In this document: positions 1-8,000 of the stretch, in pieces | Position numbering within the stretch: the first letter of the stretch is position 1 | Layout of the letters: the number at the start of each line of letters is the position of its first letter | DNA from: Naegleria gruberi | Taxonomy: Eukaryota | Direction: 5' to 3' (one strand) | Length of the DNA: 15,028 nucleotides | NCBI GenBank assembly: GCA_000004985.1 | Contig: GG738983.1 | Translations under genes and position numbers: made by a program | Notes under the pieces: model-generated | Seen by the model: the letters and a program-made list of their open reading frames with translations, nothing else | Database searches by the model: none | What the model was told of the DNA's origin: nothing

Positions 1-628
1 TATTATCATTAATATTTAAATCATGATTATATTCATCAGATAAAGATATAGCCATATCTAAAATAGATCTATAACCAGTACATCTACATAAATTACCATC
101 TAAAGATAATTCAATTTGTTTAATTGTAGGCTTTGAATAATTTCTTAATAAGGAATATAAACTCATAATAATACCAGGTGTACAAAAACCACATTGTAAA
201 GCATTAAATTAAACAACTTTACTTTTTAATAAAGTTAAAATTGAATCTTGTTTAATACCTTCTATAGTAATAATAGAACATCCATCTAAATGTATTAATG
301 GATATAAACAGGCATTAATAGAATAATTAATAATCTTATTTTGTAATGTATCATATTTAGATAACATTACAATACAACTACCACATCCACCTTCTGAACA
401 ACCTATTTTAGTACCTGTTAATTTTAAATATTCTCTCAAATATTCTGCTAAATTTAATTTAATTAATAAATTATTTAATTTTAATTCAATACGTTCACCA
501 TTAACATAAAATAATATTTTACTATTATTATTATTTGTATTATTATTTTCAAGTTGAACTTGATCATCATTAAAATTGAAAGTTAATGATGCTGATGATG
601 ATTTAATATCATTATTATTGATTATCAT
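1..628 (-). CDS. xdh: Xanthine dehydrogenase/aldehyde oxidase family protein, N-terminal part with two [2Fe-2S] iron-sulfur domains; partial, the 3' end runs beyond window position 1; single in-frame TAA at 209-211
   Basis: Minus-strand translation from ATG 628-626 gives [125 protein letters not shown]. This matches the plant-type ferredoxin-like 2Fe-2S domain of XDH/AOX (FxVNG..., TGTKxGCxEGGCGxCxVMxSxYD, NACL). After the TAA at 209-211 the same frame continues [51 protein letters not shown], the second 2Fe-2S motif (QCGFCTPG...[12 protein letters not shown]). The poly-Asn insert is low-complexity. The ORF-track start at 634 is a TTG; the first ATG is 628-626. Confidence 0.85.
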
Positions 629-639
629 TCTCAAGTTGT

Positions 640-900
640 TGATTTTAAATGATGATGAGGCTGATTGATGATGGCGTTGAAGATTTGCGATTAATTGGAG
701 AGAAAAAGTTACAGTAGTGTTGAGTTATTGTTTTTTCAACAGAGAAACACGAGTGGTGGAGAGGCTCAATATTGTTGAATGGTTCATGGATTCTGAAATT
801 GAGCGGAGCGGTTAGATCACAAACCATATTTGGCCGATCTATAGATATTTTTGCTCAACGTTTCCATTTCGGTAACACAAGGTTCATGGAATGAAAACAC
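640..900. other. GC-enriched island just upstream of the xdh start codon; function unknown (5' UTR/promoter, ncRNA or mobile-element remnant)
   Basis: Visibly less AT-rich than the flanks, with runs such as gagcggagcggttagatcacaaaccatatttggccgatc. The 10-mer ggttcatgga occurs at 781-790 and 881-890. A minus-strand ATG ORF (827..645) uses GC-rich codons (ccg, ctc, gct, tcg) that are atypical for the surrounding genes. No convincing tRNA/snRNA fold could be derived by eye. Confidence 0.3.
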
Positions 901-1150
901 TTAATTTTATTATTTATCAAATTTATTATTAAAATCGATGGTTGAGAAGAATTGTAGTAAATCTTCCCTTAATAAATGCAGAGGTGAACCCATGTCTAAA
1001 TTACCTGCTATTGGAGTTCATAAGGGATTAGACAAAAACTCGTAGTAGTTATACATTATTGTAAAAGTATTTGAAACTGATTCTTAATAATAGTGTGATC
1101 ATGAACATGTATTGAACTTGTTCCACATCAATTATTATTATAATAAAAAA

Positions 1151-4100
1151 NNNNNNNNNNNNNNNNNNNNNNNNNNNNNNNNNNNNNNNNNNNNNNNNNN
1201 NNNNNNNNNNNNNNNNNNNNNNNNNNNNNNNNNNNNNNNNNNNNNNNNNNNNNNNNNNNNNNNNNNNNNNNNNNNNNNNNNNNNNNNNNNNNNNNNNNNN
1301 NNNNNNNNNNNNNNNNNNNNNNNNNNNNNNNNNNNNNNNNNNNNNNNNNNNNNNNNNNNNNNNNNNNNNNNNNNNNNNNNNNNNNNNNNNNNNNNNNNNN
1401 NNNNNNNNNNNNNNNNNNNNNNNNNNNNNNNNNNNNNNNNNNNNNNNNNNNNNNNNNNNNNNNNNNNNNNNNNNNNNNNNNNNNNNNNNNNNNNNNNNNN
1501 NNNNNNNNNNNNNNNNNNNNNNNNNNNNNNNNNNNNNNNNNNNNNNNNNNNNNNNNNNNNNNNNNNNNNNNNNNNNNNNNNNNNNNNNNNNNNNNNNNNN
1601 NNNNNNNNNNNNNNNNNNNNNNNNNNNNNNNNNNNNNNNNNNNNNNNNNNNNNNNNNNNNNNNNNNNNNNNNNNNNNNNNNNNNNNNNNNNNNNNNNNNN
1701 NNNNNNNNNNNNNNNNNNNNNNNNNNNNNNNNNNNNNNNNNNNNNNNNNNNNNNNNNNNNNNNNNNNNNNNNNNNNNNNNNNNNNNNNNNNNNNNNNNNN
1801 NNNNNNNNNNNNNNNNNNNNNNNNNNNNNNNNNNNNNNNNNNNNNNNNNNNNNNNNNNNNNNNNNNNNNNNNNNNNNNNNNNNNNNNNNNNNNNNNNNNN
1901 NNNNNNNNNNNNNNNNNNNNNNNNNNNNNNNNNNNNNNNNNNNNNNNNNNNNNNNNNNNNNNNNNNNNNNNNNNNNNNNNNNNNNNNNNNNNNNNNNNNN
2001 NNNNNNNNNNNNNNNNNNNNNNNNNNNNNNNNNNNNNNNNNNNNNNNNNNNNNNNNNNNNNNNNNNNNNNNNNNNNNNNNNNNNNNNNNNNNNNNNNNNN
2101 NNNNNNNNNNNNNNNNNNNNNNNNNNNNNNNNNNNNNNNNNNNNNNNNNNNNNNNNNNNNNNNNNNNNNNNNNNNNNNNNNNNNNNNNNNNNNNNNNNNN
2201 NNNNNNNNNNNNNNNNNNNNNNNNNNNNNNNNNNNNNNNNNNNNNNNNNNNNNNNNNNNNNNNNNNNNNNNNNNNNNNNNNNNNNNNNNNNNNNNNNNNN
2301 NNNNNNNNNNNNNNNNNNNNNNNNNNNNNNNNNNNNNNNNNNNNNNNNNNNNNNNNNNNNNNNNNNNNNNNNNNNNNNNNNNNNNNNNNNNNNNNNNNNN
2401 NNNNNNNNNNNNNNNNNNNNNNNNNNNNNNNNNNNNNNNNNNNNNNNNNNNNNNNNNNNNNNNNNNNNNNNNNNNNNNNNNNNNNNNNNNNNNNNNNNNN
2501 NNNNNNNNNNNNNNNNNNNNNNNNNNNNNNNNNNNNNNNNNNNNNNNNNNNNNNNNNNNNNNNNNNNNNNNNNNNNNNNNNNNNNNNNNNNNNNNNNNNN
2601 NNNNNNNNNNNNNNNNNNNNNNNNNNNNNNNNNNNNNNNNNNNNNNNNNNNNNNNNNNNNNNNNNNNNNNNNNNNNNNNNNNNNNNNNNNNNNNNNNNNN
2701 NNNNNNNNNNNNNNNNNNNNNNNNNNNNNNNNNNNNNNNNNNNNNNNNNNNNNNNNNNNNNNNNNNNNNNNNNNNNNNNNNNNNNNNNNNNNNNNNNNNN
2801 NNNNNNNNNNNNNNNNNNNNNNNNNNNNNNNNNNNNNNNNNNNNNNNNNNNNNNNNNNNNNNNNNNNNNNNNNNNNNNNNNNNNNNNNNNNNNNNNNNNN
2901 NNNNNNNNNNNNNNNNNNNNNNNNNNNNNNNNNNNNNNNNNNNNNNNNNNNNNNNNNNNNNNNNNNNNNNNNNNNNNNNNNNNNNNNNNNNNNNNNNNNN
3001 NNNNNNNNNNNNNNNNNNNNNNNNNNNNNNNNNNNNNNNNNNNNNNNNNNNNNNNNNNNNNNNNNNNNNNNNNNNNNNNNNNNNNNNNNNNNNNNNNNNN
3101 NNNNNNNNNNNNNNNNNNNNNNNNNNNNNNNNNNNNNNNNNNNNNNNNNNNNNNNNNNNNNNNNNNNNNNNNNNNNNNNNNNNNNNNNNNNNNNNNNNNN
3201 NNNNNNNNNNNNNNNNNNNNNNNNNNNNNNNNNNNNNNNNNNNNNNNNNNNNNNNNNNNNNNNNNNNNNNNNNNNNNNNNNNNNNNNNNNNNNNNNNNNN
3301 NNNNNNNNNNNNNNNNNNNNNNNNNNNNNNNNNNNNNNNNNNNNNNNNNNNNNNNNNNNNNNNNNNNNNNNNNNNNNNNNNNNNNNNNNNNNNNNNNNNN
3401 NNNNNNNNNNNNNNNNNNNNNNNNNNNNNNNNNNNNNNNNNNNNNNNNNNNNNNNNNNNNNNNNNNNNNNNNNNNNNNNNNNNNNNNNNNNNNNNNNNNN
3501 NNNNNNNNNNNNNNNNNNNNNNNNNNNNNNNNNNNNNNNNNNNNNNNNNNNNNNNNNNNNNNNNNNNNNNNNNNNNNNNNNNNNNNNNNNNNNNNNNNNN
3601 NNNNNNNNNNNNNNNNNNNNNNNNNNNNNNNNNNNNNNNNNNNNNNNNNNNNNNNNNNNNNNNNNNNNNNNNNNNNNNNNNNNNNNNNNNNNNNNNNNNN
3701 NNNNNNNNNNNNNNNNNNNNNNNNNNNNNNNNNNNNNNNNNNNNNNNNNNNNNNNNNNNNNNNNNNNNNNNNNNNNNNNNNNNNNNNNNNNNNNNNNNNN
3801 NNNNNNNNNNNNNNNNNNNNNNNNNNNNNNNNNNNNNNNNNNNNNNNNNNNNNNNNNNNNNNNNNNNNNNNNNNNNNNNNNNNNNNNNNNNNNNNNNNNN
3901 NNNNNNNNNNNNNNNNNNNNNNNNNNNNNNNNNNNNNNNNNNNNNNNNNNNNNNNNNNNNNNNNNNNNNNNNNNNNNNNNNNNNNNNNNNNNNNNNNNNN
4001 NNNNNNNNNNNNNNNNNNNNNNNNNNNNNNNNNNNNNNNNNNNNNNNNNNNNNNNNNNNNNNNNNNNNNNNNNNNNNNNNNNNNNNNNNNNNNNNNNNNN

Positions 4101-6124
4101 NNNNNNNNNNNNNNNNNNNNNNNNNNNNNNNNNNNNNNNNNNNNNNNNNNNNNNNNNNNNNNNNNNNNNNNNNNNNNNNNNNNNNNNNNNNNNNNNNNNN
4201 NNNNNNNNNNNNNNNNNNNNNNNNNNNNNNNNNNNNNNNNNNNNNNNNNNNNNNNNNNNNNNNNNNNNNNNNNNNNNNNNNNNNNNNNNNNNNNNNNNNN
4301 NNNNNNNNNNNNNNNNNNNNNNNNNNNNNNNNNNNNNNNNNNNNNNNNNNNNNNNNNNNNNNNNNNNNNNNNNNNNNNNNNNNNNNNNNNNNNNNNNNNN
4401 NNNNNNNNNNNNNNNNNNNNNNNNNNNNNNNNNNNNNNNNNNNNNNNNNNNNNNNNNNNNNNNNNNNNNNNNNNNNNNNNNNNNNNNNNNNNNNNNNNNN
4501 NNNNNNNNNNNNNNNNNNNNNNNNNNNNNNNNNNNNNNNNNNNNNNNNNNNNNNNNNNNNNNNNNNNNNNNNNNNNNNNNNNNNNNNNNNNNNNNNNNNN
4601 NNNNNNNNNNNNNNNNNNNNNNNNNNNNNNNNNNNNNNNNNNNNNNNNNNNNNNNNNNNNNNNNNNNNNNNNNNNNNNNNNNNNNNNNNNNNNNNNNNNN
4701 NNNNNNNNNNNNNNNNNNNNNNNNNNNNNNNNNNNNNNNNNNNNNNNNNNNNNNNNNNNNNNNNNNNNNNNNNNNNNNNNNNNNNNNNNNNNNNNNNNNN
4801 NNNNNNNNNNNNNNNNNNNNNNNNNNNNNNNNNNNNNNNNNNNNNNNNNNNNNNNNNNNNNNNNNNNNNNNNNNNNNNNNNNNNNNNNNNNNNNNNNNNN
4901 NNNNNNNNNNNNNNNNNNNNNNNNNNNNNNNNNNNNNNNNNNNNNNNNNNNNNNNNNNNNNNNNNNNNNNNNNNNNNNNNNNNNNNNNNNNNNNNNNNNN
5001 NNNNNNNNNNNNNNNNNNNNNNNNNNNNNNNNNNNNNNNNNNNNNNNNNNNNNNNNNNNNNNNNNNNNNNNNNNNNNNNNNNNNNNNNNNNNNNNNNNNN
5101 NNNNNNNNNNNNNNNNNNNNNNNNNNNNNNNNNNNNNNNNNNNNNNNNNNNNNNNNNNNNNNNNNNNNNNNNNNNNNNNNNNNNNNNNNNNNNNNNNNNN
5201 NNNNNNNNNNNNNNNNNNNNNNNNNNNNNNNNNNNNNNNNNNNNNNNNNNNNNNNNNNNNNNNNNNNNNNNNNNNNNNNNNNNNNNNNNNNNNNNNNNNN
5301 NNNNNNNNNNNNNNNNNNNNNNNNNNNNNNNNNNNNNNNNNNNNNNNNNNNNNNNNNNNNNNNNNNNNNNNNNNNNNNNNNNNNNNNNNNNNNNNNNNNN
5401 NNNNNNNNNNNNNNNNNNNNNNNNNNNNNNNNNNNNNNNNNNNNNNNNNNNNNNNNNNNNNNNNNNNNNNNNNNNNNNNNNNNNNNNNNNNNNNNNNNNN
5501 NNNNNNNNNNNNNNNNNNNNNNNNNNNNNNNNNNNNNNNNNNNNNNNNNNNNNNNNNNNNNNNNNNNNNNNNNNNNNNNNNNNNNNNNNNNNNNNNNNNN
5601 NNNNNNNNNNNNNNNNNNNNNNNNNNNNNNNNNNNNNNNNNNNNNNNNNNNNNNNNNNNNNNNNNNNNNNNNNNNNNNNNNNNNNNNNNNNNNNNNNNNN
5701 NNNNNNNNNNNNNNNNNNNNNNNNNNNNNNNNNNNNNNNNNNNNNNNNNNNNNNNNNNNNNNNNNNNNNNNNNNNNNNNNNNNNNNNNNNNNNNNNNNNN
5801 NNNNNNNNNNNNNNNNNNNNNNNNNNNNNNNNNNNNNNNNNNNNNNNNNNNNNNNNNNNNNNNNNNNNNNNNNNNNNNNNNNNNNNNNNNNNNNNNNNNN
5901 NNNNNNNNNNNNNNNNNNNNNNNNNNNNNNNNNNNNNNNNNNNNNNNNNNNNNNNNNNNNNNNNNNNNNNNNNNNNNNNNNNNNNNNNNNNNNNNNNNNN
6001 NNNNNNNNNNNNNNNNNNNNNNNNNNNNNNNNNNNNNNNNNNNNNNNNNNNNNNNNNNNNNNNNNNNNNNNNNNNNNNNNNNNNNNNNNNNNNNNNNNNN
6101 NNNNNNNNNNNNNNNNNNNNNNNN
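1151..6124. other. Assembly gap (run of 4974 N)
   Basis: Uninterrupted n characters. All ORF-track entries spanning it (1049..6127, 1112..6154, 1128..6161) are poly-X artifacts. Confidence 0.99.
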
Positions 6125-6468
6125 CATACCTTTTCAAGCTCCAGAAATTCGTAAAAAGCAAAACTATGATGAAAAGATTGACATTTACAGTCTTGGGGCT
6201 ACTTTATTGTATCTCAAAAACAAGACCTCATATGAAATAATCTGTAAAAAAGACGAATTTGATCTTCAAGTTGACATGCAAACACTCCAATGGGATGATT
6301 TTAAATTTGGAAAAAATATTGGAAATGGTTAATGAAGATCCAAAGAAAAGACCTTCAGCTCAAGAGCTTGCCGATTATTTTACTACTCTTTACAACAACC
6401 CACAAACAACAAACGCAGAAACTAAAGACCAAGAAGATTTCGAAATGCTTTATGATCAAGAAAGATAA
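6125..6468 (+). CDS. Protein kinase, C-terminal lobe only (subdomains VIII-XI); the 5' part is lost in gap 1. The reading frame shifts by +1 between about 6290 and 6330 (frame 0 stops at 6330-6332, frame 1 continues to the stop at 6466-6468).
   Basis: Frame starting at 6126 reads IPFQAPEIRKKQNYDEKIDIYSLGATLLYLKNKTSYEIICKKDEFDLQVDMQTLQWDDFKFGKNIGNG*. This holds the APE motif and the D-x-W-S-x-G-like subdomain IX (DIYSLG). The frame containing 6259 reads ...ILNLEKILEMVNEDPKKRPSAQELADYFTTLYNNPQTTNAETKDQEDFEMLYDQER*, the subdomain XI DPxxRP motif. Removing one A from the A6 run at 6311-6316 gives the continuous ...WDDFKFGKILEMVNEDPKKRPSAQELADYF. Confidence 0.8.
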
Positions 6469-6912
6469 AAAGGTTAGCAAACAAATTGAAGATATTGAAA
6501 TAACATTTAGAACATTGCCTTAATTGGAAAGAATCCTGTTGGAATATTTTCAAATGGTAAAGGTGTCAAATCTTTCCAAAACTTTAAAATCAATTGAGAC
6601 ATTTGAAAGATTGACAACTCTTTCTACCCAAATTCATAATTCCATTTGCAACGATCTACTTCTCTTTTCCTTAATATCTCAAATCTTTTGCCAATCTTTG
6701 CAAAAATGATAAAACTTTTGCAAATTTGTTTACAAAATCTTACAATGGATCATATTTTACCAATAAATTATGAATTTCAGATGGATTTACATTCTAAAAG
6801 TAAAACACCTCCTTTATCAAATGGGAGTTTGATTATTCTACTAACCTGATATTTCATTGTGATCGGTATTAATGAGAAGGAATTAAATTATATTTAAAAT
6901 ATTTTAAAAAAA

Positions 6913-7980
6913 ATGTCTGAAGATTGGGTTTGTTTTGTGATGCAATTTTATTAATGGGTGTGATGACCATCACAAATAACAGGCCGATAGGACGTATGTG
7001 TTGGAAGCTGTTAAACAACGTGGAAATGCACTTGAATATGTAGATGAATCATTTAAAAAAGATAGAGAATTTATATTGGAAGCTGTAAAACATAATGGAT
7101 GGGAACTTTTATATGTTGATTCATCATTGAAAAAAGATAGGGAAATTGTATTGGAAGCTGTTAAACATAATGGATCAGCTCTCGAATATGCTGATTCATC
7201 ATTGAAAAAAGATAGAGAAATTGTACTGGAAGCTGTTAAACAAAATGGATCAGCACTTAAATATGCTGATTCATTATTTAAAAGAGATAGAGAAATTGTA
7301 TTGGAATTTGTTAAACATAATGGATCAGCACTTAAATATGTTGATTCTTCATTGAAAAAAGATAGAGAAATTGTATTGGAAGCTGTTAAACAATGTGGAC
7401 ATGCAGTTCAATATGCTGATTTATTCATTGAAAAAAGATAGAGAAATTGTATTGGAAGCTGTTAAACAATGTGGACATGCAGTTGAATATGCTGATTATT
7501 ATTCAAAAAGATAGAGAAATTGTATTGGAATCTGTTAAACAAAATGGATCAGCACTTGTATATGCTGATTCATCATTTAAAAAAGATAGAGAAATTGTAT
7601 TGGAAGCTGTTAAACAACATGAATTGGCACTTGAATATGCTGATTCATCTTTACAAAGAGATATCGTTTTTATATATTCACTTTTTAAATTGAACAAAGA
7701 AAATACAAGAAGCTTCTCACCCTCTATAACCAAAACCATTGAAGAAGCCAATATTAATCTTCAGAGAAAGCTGTCAAGCAATATAATTGAACAGCAATAC
7801 TCCAAAATATTTATGGATGAAAAGGATTTATATTATGCTATTGAATTAACAAGTCTCTTTAATCCAACACCAAAAGGTACAATATTCAATTTCAATTCTA
7901 TCTATACACCAATATTTGTTGAAAAGCTTGATTATTTTCCAAATATTGAAACGAATGAACCATTCAGAATTATCCACTGA
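6913..7980 (+). CDS. DUF4116-like tandem-repeat protein (about 8 copies of a 31-aa repeat, consensus SALEYADSSLKKDREIVLEAVKQNG) plus a non-repetitive roughly 100-aa C-terminal tail. Proposed model is join(6913..6927, 6983..7980) with a 55-nt intron. The frame is disrupted by a +1 indel near 7427 and a -2 indel near 7487 (net -1).
   Basis: ORF-track pieces 6998..7441 and 7447..7980 both encode the same 31-aa repeat (LEAVKxNGxALxYxDSSLKKDREIV). The first piece has no internal Met, and an in-frame TAA at 6977-6979 lies just upstream, so a spliced 5' exon is needed. aaaaaaaATGTCTGAAGATTGG (6913-6927) followed by GTTTGT...AATAACAG (6928-6982) joins in frame to GCC GAT AGG ACG TAT... The protein ends at TGA 7978-7980, just before gap 2. 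The name DUF4116 is assigned from memory of the Pfam repeat motif (ALxYAxxxLxxDxExVLxAVxxNG), not from a search. Confidence 0.7.
6928..6982 (+). other. Putative 55-nt intron of the DUF4116-like gene (GTTTGT...AACAG); an alternative donor at 6937 (GTGATG) gives a 46-nt intron
   Basis: Inferred only from the need to join an ATG-containing exon to the Met-less repeat ORF in the same phase. The donor is non-canonical. It contains a small inverted repeat gtgatg-ac-catcac (6961-6974). Confidence 0.35.
7001..7670 (+). repeat. In-frame coding tandem array of 93-bp units (about 7.5 copies, roughly 85-95% identical). Units 5 (7373-7466) and 6 (7467-7557) are near-identical duplicates (QCGHAV variant), 94 and 91 nt long.
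   Basis: Direct reading of the sequence. ttggaagctgttaaacaa...gattcatcattgaaaaaagatagagaaattgta recurs with a 93-nt period. Unit 5 has gatttattcattg where the canonical unit has gattcatcattg (+1). Unit 6 has gattattattcaaaaagatagag where the canonical unit has gattcatcattgaaaaaagatagag (-2). Confidence 0.9.
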
Positions 7981-8000
7981 AACTCTTCTTTCAGCCAACT

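Noticed and set aside
209-211. Ciliate-type genetic code (TAA = Gln) explaining the in-frame stop in xdh
   Set aside because: The about 830-codon Cys-rich ORF and the other genes contain many Gln residues that are all encoded CAA/CAG, with no internal TAA/TAG. The standard code is in use.
776-895. tRNA gene with B box/ex-B box (two GGTTCATGGA motifs 100 nt apart)
   Set aside because: GGTTCATGGATTC deviates from the GGTTCGAnnCC B-box at invariant positions (A58, C61). No 7-bp acceptor stem or anticodon arm could be drawn around either copy.
1049-6161. Three very long ORF-track entries (1692, 1680 and 1677 aa) made almost entirely of X
   Set aside because: They are translations of the N-run assembly gap. 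Only their short non-N ends are real sequence, and those were analysed separately.
6332-6849. Plus-strand ORFs 6332..6523, 6524..6709 and 6646..6849
   Set aside because: The first is the third frame of the kinase tail. The other two start at non-ATG codons and have no recognisable motifs. They are kept only as a compositional oddity in the findings.
7001-7670. CRISPR-like or defence-system repeat array, or any prokaryotic accessory system
   Set aside because: The repeats are 93 nt, contiguous with no spacers, and in-frame coding for a 31-aa protein repeat. The whole window is eukaryotic in gene content, introns and composition, so no prokaryotic system is present.
7503-7751. 82-aa minus-strand ORF inside the DUF4116-like repeat array
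   Set aside because: It is antisense to a strongly periodic coding repeat. Its own sequence is just the reverse-frame echo of that repeat (ISLSF… recurring).
7846-8000. Apparent continuation of the minus-strand Cys-rich ORF on the left side of gap 2 (…LAERRVSVDNSEWFIRFNIWKIIKLFNKYWCIDRIEIEYCTFWCWIKETC)
   Set aside because: It is antisense to the well-supported C-terminal tail and TGA stop of the plus-strand DUF4116-like gene. It is joined to the real Cys-rich gene only through 4.5 kb of N, with no Cys-repeat character.
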